DNA of 64,000 bases. It comes from an uncultured virus (IMG/VR IMGVR_UViG_3300032246_002559) (lineage: Duplodnaviria; Heunggongvirae; Uroviricota; Caudoviricetes). The notes under the pieces were generated by a model, which saw nothing but the letters and a program-made list of their open reading frames with translations, ran no database searches and was not told where the DNA came from. Positions within the stretch are counted from its first letter, which is position 1; each line of letters begins with the position of its first letter. Shown piece by piece: positions 19,355-26,988 of this stretch. Where the stretch lies: IMG/VR virus record IMGVR_UViG_3300032246_002559. One strand, 5' to 3'. The translations under genes and the position numbers were made by a program.

Positions 19355-19944
19355 GTGTTGTCTTGGATTTACCTGACAATCTCGAGGTGCTTGCTCGTTG
19401 TCTGTCTATGATGTCGACTTATCTCCCGGTTGGCGATCTCGAAGTGATCGTGCCCTGGGAGGGACAACCCCGAGAAATACTTCCCGTAATGAAAGCATTC
19501 AGCTCGCGGCTGTTTTGGAAAGTGGTAATATGCCCAGCGGGAAAGGGTGGAAGCCTAGCTGCCTACCCTCACGCGAAGTTCGACAATCCTGTGGTGATGA
19601 GTCACCGCGTTTTGGTCGGCGCTGACACACTCAAAACACTTGAGGCAAACCCTGGCCGCGCTCTGGTCTATTTGGCGAATGACTTTCCCTTACAGTGGGA
19701 CCCCTACTCCTTTTGGACACCTCCAGGTTTTTATGAGTCCTGCCTTGAACACCCCTATCAGACCCCCCAGGTTCAGGTAGTCGAAACCCCACTGTGTGCC
19801 AACGGTGATAACTGGTCTGATGCCATTGTCTTGTTGCTTCCAGGTACCACGTTTCGTCTTGGAGAAATCCTGACTGTCGGTGATTTCTCACTGATCAGTA
19901 GTCTAGATAAACCATGCTTTCCTCCCAATGAAGATCGTCTTTAA
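19348..19944 (+). CDS. Hypothetical protein, possibly divergent GT-A fold
   Basis: MLSVV...LARCLSMM..DLEVIV resembles a GT2 N-terminus; no clear DxD. Confidence 0.35.
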   Translation: MLSVVLDLPDNLEVLARCLSMMSTYLPVGDLEVIVPWEGQPREILPVMKAFSSRLFWKVVICPAGKGGSLAAYPHAKFDNPVVMSHRVLVGADTLKTLEANPGRALVYLANDFPLQWDPYSFWTPPGFYESCLEHPYQTPQVQVVETPLCANGDNWSDAIVLLLPGTTFRLGEILTVGDFSLISSLDKPCFPPNEDRL

Positions 19945-20608
19945 CCACATAGAGGGCTGGGGTAAGGTCTCTGCAACCGACCTGATCCATGCTCCTTGCT
20001 GGGCGACGCCCGAGGGCGAAACGTCCGACGACATGCTAGAGGCCGGCTGGCTCCCCTGGCGGGAGCAATGGTTCCCAGCTCGGTCGGTGAGAGTCGATTT
20101 GGCTCAGGCTGAGTTTAGCCGAACTATCAAAAAATGTGCTCGTAAAGTCGAAGTCATGGAGAGGCGCCCCACTGCAGAAGAAATGGAATCCATATTTCAT
20201 TTTTATATGCAAAAGAAGGGTTTTCGCAGTACCCACGTCTTTGAGGAGATCTATCGGAACCAGAATTATAAGTATCTAATCTATTCACACGGCGGGGAAG
20301 TCGTCGGATTTGTAGCTTATCTGCTGTTCTCTCGGTCGCTGGTAGGTGTTCAGTTCGTTTGGGACTACATGACGCCACAGCTCTCGCTTGGTTCGGTTAG
20401 TACCTATCAGGAGATCCTCATCGGTCGTCGAGAAGGTTGCCGTCATTACTACATGATGGGTGGATATGAGGTGGTAAGTGCCTACAAAGCTGACGTCGCA
20501 GGTTTTGAGTGGTGGACGGGTAAATGCTGGTCTCAAGACCGCGCCATGTACCTCGATTTGTGCGCCCGCGACTCACACATCCTGTTGGAAAACCATGATT
20601 ATCTATGA
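19928..20608 (+). CDS. Aminoacyl-tRNA-protein transferase-like (ATE1/Bpt family)
   Basis: MLEAGW..RSVRVDL..FSRT.KK (ATE N-like) and FVWDY..PQLSLGSVS..QEI..R..GCRHYYM.GY...AYKA (ATE C-like). Confidence 0.72.
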   Translation: MKIVFNHIEGWGKVSATDLIHAPCWATPEGETSDDMLEAGWLPWREQWFPARSVRVDLAQAEFSRTIKKCARKVEVMERRPTAEEMESIFHFYMQKKGFRSTHVFEEIYRNQNYKYLIYSHGGEVVGFVAYLLFSRSLVGVQFVWDYMTPQLSLGSVSTYQEILIGRREGCRHYYMMGGYEVVSAYKADVAGFEWWTGKCWSQDRAMYLDLCARDSHILLENHDYL

Positions 20609-20795
20609 GCCACGCCAACCGCTGGAAGTTGATACCCCCAAAGGAAGGGGACGGGTCTGGCTTGTTACAGACTATGGTGGTGAGATAGAAAAGTTGTTTG
20701 CCGTAATAATCAACGAAAGTGGCGAGATATGGGAATTCACTAATAAAGACATAAAAGCCACAAAGAATACCACTATGGGCAGGGGGAAATGGTGA
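20595..20795 (+). CDS. Small hypothetical phage protein
   Basis: 66 aa from ATG 20595 (VDTPKGRG..DYG..SGEIW); overlaps both neighbours. Confidence 0.6.
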   Translation: MIIYEPRQPLEVDTPKGRGRVWLVTDYGGEIEKLFAVIINESGEIWEFTNKDIKATKNTTMGRGKW

Positions 20796-21541
20796 TGATA
20801 GTTTCTTTTTGTCCATATCAATTCACTCTCATGGGTACGGATGTTTGCGGAAAATATCACGGAGAAGTTCATTCGATCAGGGTGCATCTTAAGTCTGGTG
20901 TTTGGGTCGCTTCACACGGAGGAGAGACGACGGTCTTCAGAGACTGGGCGAGAGTTGGCCCTCAGGAAGCAGAAGCAGAGATCTTGGCTCAGCAAATTTC
21001 TCTAGAGACAGAGTCTTCTGGCTGGATTCCAAATGAAAATTACTCTGGTCAATCTATGACTCATTCGTGTATGCGTCGCGGTGGCATATGTTCGATCATT
21101 AGCAGTAGTCTCGGTAAATCTGGGCCGTTCATATTGCCATATTCTGATGGTTTTGAAAAACACGCGACGTTAATCGACATGACAGGGTCGCATCCAAATA
21201 TTCAAGGCCAAGATCATCATTACCTAAGGGAAAATGACGGATATAGCCTCACGATGATGACAGGAATGGCTGTGCGCGCCATGGCGTCAAGAGATTGGCG
21301 TGCGCTGGGTGGAATTCTAGATCAGGCATGGAGGCTGCGCGTAGATAACATACCTCAGTCTGTCATGGACTATTATAATGAGGCAATGCTATTGGGGGCT
21401 TGGGGGTGTTCTTGGGTAGCCCCAAGCCTTTTGCTTGTGCTGCACGATAAAGAATTAACTCTTTCTCTCGGCAATCCAAGACCTGTAAAAATTGACCGAG
21501 AGGGAGCGCGACTTCGCGCTCTGATCGACGAAACCGGATGA
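20795..21541 (+). CDS. Degenerate GHMP sugar-kinase homologue (HddA-like)
   Basis: MIVSFCPYQFTLMGTD and DWRALGGILDQAW.LR...YNEAMLLGAWG match the HddA ends; glycine-rich loops missing. Confidence 0.55.
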   Translation: MIVSFCPYQFTLMGTDVCGKYHGEVHSIRVHLKSGVWVASHGGETTVFRDWARVGPQEAEAEILAQQISLETESSGWIPNENYSGQSMTHSCMRRGGICSIISSSLGKSGPFILPYSDGFEKHATLIDMTGSHPNIQGQDHHYLRENDGYSLTMMTGMAVRAMASRDWRALGGILDQAWRLRVDNIPQSVMDYYNEAMLLGAWGCSWVAPSLLLVLHDKELTLSLGNPRPVKIDREGARLRALIDETG

Positions 21542-22032
21542 AGATTCCAATTGTGGGAGTCGGCAGCATGATACAGTTTCTCGTTCCCTCGATGGGACAC
21601 TCACACCTATCGTTAGCTCTCGTCCACTGTTGCAACGAGTTGACTCGCCGTGGTCGCGAGGTTCGGGTCTTTGTGCAAGACCGCGGGACCCCTCCTGTTC
21701 GGCCAATTTTTCCTATATTTGACTCAGCCTACGCCTATCTGGCGCCTGAACCCATGGTTGTTGTTGGGGTTTCGCCGCTAAGAACTTCATTTCTGTCTCC
21801 CACAGGACGACCTGTACTATTCTATGCGTGGGATTTGGAATGGACCCGGAAGGAAAGATTTAGCTGGAATGATATGCGTGGGTATTACCAGACCTATCCC
21901 GTGATCGCTCGTTCCGCGTCTCACTCACGCATCCTAACCCACACCTGGGGAGCAAAAGTCGTGAGAGTTATCCCCGACTTTGAACCTGATGAAATGGAGA
22001 AGGCCCTATGCTCACTTATGAATATCTCCTAG
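21538..22032 (+). CDS. Hypothetical protein resembling a GT-B N-terminal domain
   Basis: CNELTRRGREVRVF, FYAWDLEW, IARSASH. Confidence 0.45.
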   Translation: MKIPIVGVGSMIQFLVPSMGHSHLSLALVHCCNELTRRGREVRVFVQDRGTPPVRPIFPIFDSAYAYLAPEPMVVVGVSPLRTSFLSPTGRPVLFYAWDLEWTRKERFSWNDMRGYYQTYPVIARSASHSRILTHTWGAKVVRVIPDFEPDEMEKALCSLMNIS

Positions 22033-22775
22033 AAGAATACGCCAACAAGAAGCGCTCAACACATCAGATCGCCTCTGAATTGGGCACTTACCCCAATCGA
22101 GTTGTTCGCGCTCTTCGCAAATACGGGATTCCCGTGCGCGACCGTTCAGAGGCCCAGTCGACTGCCATCTCTGCCGGCCGTCATAATCATCCCACTCGTG
22201 GCAAGCCTCTATCTACCGATCATAAAGAAAAGATTGGTCAAGAAACAGCTCGCCGTTGGGCAGAGATGGACGAGAAGGAAAAAATGCGAAGATCGAATAT
22301 TTCCAAGCGCCTTTGGAAAAAAATGGGAGAGAAGAGAAGGGATGAAATGCAGCAGAAGGCTCTCGATGCTGTCCGCGAGGCAGCCGAGAAAGGCAGTAAG
22401 CTGGAGAAATATCTGCTTCGTGGCTTGGCGCAGGCGGGTTACTACACAGACTTTCACGTAGAGCTAAATCTTCAGCACATCGACATTTATGTCAATCAAC
22501 ACGTTGGTCACTTCTCTGGAGCAGCCATCGAGGTCAACGGACCGAGCCACTACCGCCCGATTTGGGGAAGTGAGTACCACGCCAAGCGCGCCGAAGGAGA
22601 TGCGAGGAAAACCGGTATCCTCATGCGACAAAACGTCTTAGTGATAATAGTGAAAGACATCAAGGGTGAACCTTCTGAAATTCGCATGAGGGGGGCTTTA
22701 CAGAAACTTTTGGCCGTTCTAGAATACGTTCAAGCTGGTCCCGGGGTGGGGACCTATTACGAAATCGAGGTGTAA
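22008..22775 (+). CDS. HTH + NUMOD3-like + Vsr/DUF559-like endonuclease
   Basis: STHQIASELGTYPNRVVRAL HTH; GKPLSTDHKEKIG; IDIYV..AIEVNGPSHY. Confidence 0.65.
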   Translation: MLTYEYLLEEYANKKRSTHQIASELGTYPNRVVRALRKYGIPVRDRSEAQSTAISAGRHNHPTRGKPLSTDHKEKIGQETARRWAEMDEKEKMRRSNISKRLWKKMGEKRRDEMQQKALDAVREAAEKGSKLEKYLLRGLAQAGYYTDFHVELNLQHIDIYVNQHVGHFSGAAIEVNGPSHYRPIWGSEYHAKRAEGDARKTGILMRQNVLVIIVKDIKGEPSEIRMRGALQKLLAVLEYVQAGPGVGTYYEIEV

Positions 22776-22778
22776 GCC

Positions 22779-23552
22779 GTGGCCAAAAAGAAAACTGACG
22801 AACAAGTTGGCGTAGTAGATGAAGCCGCAGTCCTGGATGCTGTGTCACTATCCGACGCAAAGCTTGTCGAAGAGATCCCTGTCGAGACAAAGAAGCTCAA
22901 GCATCCCACTGATTCAGACTGGACAGAATACGTCCTGTCCCTTTTGACTCCCGACGAGCTGTCTCCTGAGGGGAGACCGACCTGCGACGGGTTGCGTCGC
23001 GTGGCTGAGATTTGTCTGGGTGACATAGTGCGCTCAGAAGTCAATGTTGTGCAGGGGCCATGCTCGACCAATAACATGACGGCTGTTGTTGAGTTCACCC
23101 TCGAATATCTGTGTAAACACAACAGCATGCTGGTATGTTTTACCGCATCGGCAGATGTCAACGAGAAGAATTGTGATCCTCGATTTGCTGTTTTTGCGAC
23201 CGCGACAGCAGAAACTCGCGCAGAGGGTCGCGCCCTACGCAAGGCGCTCAGATTACGCAGAGTGTTGACTGCTGAAGAACCTTCTGCACTTTTTCAGGAC
23301 TCCGATCTGTCCAACAACGGTAAATCGACTCAAATGCAACATTCATTCATTCGGACAATTTGCGAGCGGAATGATATCAACATTGACGCTTATCTAGGTG
23401 CTTCAAAATCTTTTAAGTGGACAGGCAATTTAGAAGATATTCCTCATAAGTCCGCCACGCTTATCATCGCTCACTTGAACGAGTTGCAGCGTGACAGATC
23501 AAAGATCGACGCTAAGTACAAGGGTTACGAATCGGATTCTAAGAAATCCTAA
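22779..23552 (+). CDS. Putative Rad52/Sak-like single-strand annealing protein
   Basis: DGLRRVAE..AVVEFTL..ASAD..ATAETRAEGRALRKAL pattern. Confidence 0.5.
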   Translation: MAKKKTDEQVGVVDEAAVLDAVSLSDAKLVEEIPVETKKLKHPTDSDWTEYVLSLLTPDELSPEGRPTCDGLRRVAEICLGDIVRSEVNVVQGPCSTNNMTAVVEFTLEYLCKHNSMLVCFTASADVNEKNCDPRFAVFATATAETRAEGRALRKALRLRRVLTAEEPSALFQDSDLSNNGKSTQMQHSFIRTICERNDINIDAYLGASKSFKWTGNLEDIPHKSATLIIAHLNELQRDRSKIDAKYKGYESDSKKS

Positions 23553-23563
23553 AGGGGAAATGC

Positions 23564-23929
23564 ATGAAGTCTATTATTCCGACCGCGATTGGTTCTATCG
23601 AGATCGAGGCTTCCGATGTGAAGGAGCTGTTCCGTCAGATGGCGGCAGTGGCTGAGGTATTTGGCGATCGGCACTGTGGTTGCTGCGGCGAGGAGGGGGT
23701 GGCCCCGCTCGTCCGACACGTTGAGAAAAACAAAAAACAATATGAGTACTTTGAGATGCGCTGCCTAAATCCTAAGTGCCGCGCCCGTCTGAGTTTCGGT
23801 CAATTTCAAGACGGCTCAGGACTTTTTCCCGTCCGCAAGCTTTCTCCAGAAGGCCAGCCCGACCGAGCCAGTGGATCTTATGGTCAGCACAATGGCTGGA
23901 CCCGCTGGCGGGGTGAAAACAAGGATTAG
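23564..23929 (+). CDS. Hypothetical Zn-binding protein
   Basis: CGCC...C.NPKC; last gene of the + arm. Confidence 0.6.
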   Translation: MKSIIPTAIGSIEIEASDVKELFRQMAAVAEVFGDRHCGCCGEEGVAPLVRHVEKNKKQYEYFEMRCLNPKCRARLSFGQFQDGSGLFPVRKLSPEGQPDRASGSYGQHNGWTRWRGENKD

Positions 23930-24075
23930 TCCTTGGACTCACTGGTAATAGTGATAACTTCGTGAGTAATTGGGTGAACTATCAACTGATAAGTGACGAC
24001 TACATTGGCCGGTAGCGTCACACTGGCTTCGGGGACTAAGATTTCGGGAACTTCAATCCTAATATCATCAGACAT
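23926..24075 (-). CDS. Small hypothetical protein
   Basis: AAGGAG SD + ATG 24075, 49 aa. Confidence 0.5.
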   Translation of the reverse strand: MSDDIRIEVPEILVPEASVTLPANVVVTYQLIVHPITHEVITITSESKD

Positions 24076-24292
24076 GACTATCTCCTTCGCGTTGACGTAT
24101 CGCCCCACCAGCTAAGCTCCCGCGCAGATTACGCAGGATTCCACTTAGCAAAGGGCCAATCTCGGACCTAAAGCCGCCCAAATCGCACATAGGTAATTTT
24201 TGTTCTAGTGTCGCGAGGAAGGCATCAGCGGCGGCCCAGCCGGCGATCTCAGCAGCATCACGAATGTCAGTCGGAATATCTTCCAGCCTCAT
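24068..24292 (-). CDS. Small hypothetical protein
   Basis: ATG 24292 directly after the upstream stop codon; 74 aa. Confidence 0.5.
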   Translation of the reverse strand: MRLEDIPTDIRDAAEIAGWAAADAFLATLEQKLPMCDLGGFRSEIGPLLSGILRNLRGSLAGGAIRQREGDSHV

Positions 24293-24293
24293 C

Positions 24294-25337
24294 TTAAACC
24301 TCTTTGTAGTCTGAGCATCCCTGGCAAGAGCGAATGTTGTCTCCAAGATTGAGTAATGGTCGACATTTTTCGTGTTTTTCACAACCGTAAACAAAACGTC
24401 CTGAGCATCCGCCGCAATTGCCAGTGTCAATAGGTAAGGGGGTACGATGGACGCATGGCTTGGTACGAATGATATTCTCGGCCGGAACGGATCGGAATCG
24501 GGCCGGGAACACCCCCTCTAGCGGATCAGTCTTTTCGGCCTCTGCTACCACAGCAGTCAATATTTCTTCCGACATCTGTGTTTTGAAGTGGTCGATGACA
24601 TCATTATAGGGGAGTGATAGCTCGCGTCTGCCAAGGATATAATTGAAAACGCGATCCTCGAGAACGAGACGATAGGGGACGCCCTTGGGGCGGCCGAAGC
24701 GATGAACCCAGCGTAGCCACGGTATGCAATAGCATCGCCCTCCGAACCGGCGAACTTTTTGATGGATGTATCCTTCTTCTCCTCCAAATCCCCTAAATTT
24801 CAGATTGAATCCGGGGAATTCGTCCTTGGCCATACAAAATAGTCCCATCCCCTGCATCGGAATCTCAAATGGCATGTCTTTGTCGCCACGCTCGTCTTTA
24901 GCCCACGTTCCCCACATTGAACCTCGCCATTCGGGAGCAAAATGAGTGGCATAGTCCTTGTGGTTGTCGTAAAGGAGCGGCCCCTGCCAAATAGATTTCT
25001 TATCTACGCCTGCTCGTAAAAACTCTTTGAGCCTGGAGACAGCGCCCGCTACCAGTAGTACGTGAGAATCGATACAGAGAACCCATTCTCCTTGGGCCTC
25101 CTCGAAGACTAACTGTTTGGCTAGGGACGGACAAGACTGGTGACCGCGATGAAGATAGCGAACACCCAACCAGTCACAGGTAGACTTGGTGTCGTTGCAT
25201 GGCTGGGGTTTGTTGTCGACAACGAGAAGCTCCACATCCGCAAGATCTTGATAGGCCTTGAGAGCGTGGAGCGTGAAATATGCTCCATCGAAATCGTCGT
25301 ACGTTGGTAATCCTATTGTCAATAACGGTCGCGTCAT
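24294..25337 (-). CDS. GT2 family glycosyltransferase with Cys-rich C-terminal domain
   Basis: LTIGLPTYDD, LVVDN, LCIDSH, GFGGEEGY, WVHRF; C-terminus CVHR..CGGC..C..C..CQGC. Confidence 0.85.
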   Translation of the reverse strand: MTRPLLTIGLPTYDDFDGAYFTLHALKAYQDLADVELLVVDNKPQPCNDTKSTCDWLGVRYLHRGHQSCPSLAKQLVFEEAQGEWVLCIDSHVLLVAGAVSRLKEFLRAGVDKKSIWQGPLLYDNHKDYATHFAPEWRGSMWGTWAKDERGDKDMPFEIPMQGMGLFCMAKDEFPGFNLKFRGFGGEEGYIHQKVRRFGGRCYCIPWLRWVHRFGRPKGVPYRLVLEDRVFNYILGRRELSLPYNDVIDHFKTQMSEEILTAVVAEAEKTDPLEGVFPARFRSVPAENIIRTKPCVHRTPLPIDTGNCGGCSGRFVYGCEKHEKCRPLLNLGDNIRSCQGCSDYKEV

Positions 25338-25343
25338 ATCTTT

Positions 25344-25379
25344 TCCCCTCGCCTAAATACCGTAATCCCGGCGGGGGGA
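25344..25379 (-). promoter_or_regulatory. Hairpin sequestering the SD of the GT2 gene
   Basis: Minus-strand RNA UCCCCCCGCC-16 nt-GGCGAGGGGA (9/10 pairs) ends 6 nt before AUG 25337. Confidence 0.4.
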
Positions 25380-25386
25380 GGTCGGG

Positions 25387-26055
25387 TCACAGGTATTCGA
25401 GCTGAACCCACAACCCAAACTGTTTGCTGCCGATGGCATCTGGACTTGCACTCAAGGCAAGATACCAGTCATGACGAGCGGCTGTCGTATTAGAACCAGA
25501 TGGGCGAAGACCGCCAGAGCCAGGCGACGACACGAGTGAGACAGGCTCGCGTTGAGTTGGCGTGATCTGATTAGCCGTGGTAAACACTTCCCAGGCTGTG
25601 GATCCGGAACCCGTTGGGTTGCCTGAGTCCTGCACAGTCACTGGATGAATGATCTCGGCCAGATAGGTGGTGACTCCGGAGGCTGGGTTGGTGGGAAGTA
25701 CGCGGTCGAAGATGTAGGCCTTGACGTTCTGAGTCCGAACAGCCGTAGCATGCGTGAAACGGACGTTGACAGTCGATTGCCAGTTGGGGATCGCTCGAAG
25801 AGGGATGGCGGAACTGCCGCGTCCAACGAGACCGCTGCCTACGTTAGCATATTTCACATTCCATGCTTCGACACCTTGAGAGGTGCCGGTGGAGTTGGTG
25901 ACGAAAGTTTTGTCTTGAGCCTGGCCGACGGCGACCGACTCGCCAAAGCCGCCTCCGTAAAAACCCAGTCCCGACCCGGCCAAATCGGCGATCTGGAAAG
26001 TTCCATAACTGCCTGAGACATCGAACTGGCCAGCATAAAAGGAAAGCGTCGCCAT
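25387..26055 (-). CDS. Putative virion structural protein
   Basis: 222 aa, beta-rich, Ser/Gly/Thr-rich; GGAGG SD and upstream CGGTGTAATT motif. Confidence 0.55.
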   Translation of the reverse strand: MATLSFYAGQFDVSGSYGTFQIADLAGSGLGFYGGGFGESVAVGQAQDKTFVTNSTGTSQGVEAWNVKYANVGSGLVGRGSSAIPLRAIPNWQSTVNVRFTHATAVRTQNVKAYIFDRVLPTNPASGVTTYLAEIIHPVTVQDSGNPTGSGSTAWEVFTTANQITPTQREPVSLVSSPGSGGLRPSGSNTTAARHDWYLALSASPDAIGSKQFGLWVQLEYL

Positions 26056-26073
26056 GAATCAATTCCTCCACAG

Positions 26074-26085
26074 TAAATTACACCG
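26074..26085 (-). promoter_or_regulatory. Putative late promoter motif CGGTGTAATTTA
   Basis: Intergenic; same core at 46431-46440 and 49771-49780. Confidence 0.55.
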
Positions 26086-26086
26086 T

Positions 26087-26476
26087 TCACCTTTGATCCC
26101 ACCGGCCGATAGGACAGTTCTGCTCTGCCCATCGGCCTTTGACCGTGACGAAACAACCGCAGGCACTGCACCGCTGCTCCATCGTCAAATTGGCACACTT
26201 GCGACATTCGGACATGCGGGACTCATACTGCTCGTCAGAAACAATCGGTAGGCCTGCTAAGACATGGCGAGTGACAGATCCCACAAGGTTAGCTGCCTGC
26301 TGAAATAATCCTGGCATCTGACGAACAGCTAGATCCCCCCTCGTAAGCTTTTGAAGGAATGCGACCTGTTCGGCCTCAGTCACTCCGTCACCATTGCAGA
26401 TGGCGAAGTCCTCGTCTGAAAGCGCAGCTCCCATTCCTTGGCTGCATGGTATGTTGGCTTGACACGGACATTTCAT
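26087..26476 (-). CDS. Cys-rich small protein (DUF6171-like C-terminus)
   Basis: RMSECRKC..RCSACGCFV..K..W...CPIGRW. Confidence 0.6.
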   Translation of the reverse strand: MKCPCQANIPCSQGMGAALSDEDFAICNGDGVTEAEQVAFLQKLTRGDLAVRQMPGLFQQAANLVGSVTRHVLAGLPIVSDEQYESRMSECRKCANLTMEQRCSACGCFVTVKGRWAEQNCPIGRWDQR

Positions 26477-26484
26477 AATCCACC

Positions 26485-26988
26485 TCACTCATAGCTGGGC
26501 AACTCAAAGTCAAACCTAAAACTTTGACTACTGCCCCCGCTGTAATAGGTATTAAGGAAGCGTCGACACATAACCCACACTTCCCTTTCGTAGTCAAAGT
26601 ACACGCCAGCCACAACCACACTACCAAAGTTTCCGTTGTTGTTATTTTTTATGTTCTTCATATAAAGGGTGTTGGTTTCACCAAACTTTAGGTCTCCTTT
26701 GGATAGCGTCATGCGAGTCAAGCCTCTCGGCGGAAGCTCTTTGCAGCAGCGAGAGTCGGACTCCAGCAGATTGTCGTTTGGCTCAATCGTCGCATTAGTG
26801 CGAAAGAACGTGCCGATGCAAAAATTAGTTTCTAGGATGATGTTACCCATGTCCTTATTGTTGAGGTACAGAGTAAAGTTGTCGTCTAGGGCTGCATTGA
26901 TGTTGCAAACGTAGATGATGTAGTCTGTCTCTCGGTCGCACCCCTTGCAACACTCAGCGCAATCTAGGTATTCAGTAATCATACTCAT
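26485..26988 (-). CDS. Hypothetical Cys-containing beta protein, probably tail tip associated
   Basis: ATGA-coupled to the upstream tail protein; CAECCKGC. Confidence 0.5.
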   Translation of the reverse strand: MSMITEYLDCAECCKGCDRETDYIIYVCNINAALDDNFTLYLNNKDMGNIILETNFCIGTFFRTNATIEPNDNLLESDSRCCKELPPRGLTRMTLSKGDLKFGETNTLYMKNIKNNNNGNFGSVVVAGVYFDYEREVWVMCRRFLNTYYSGGSSQSFRFDFELPSYE

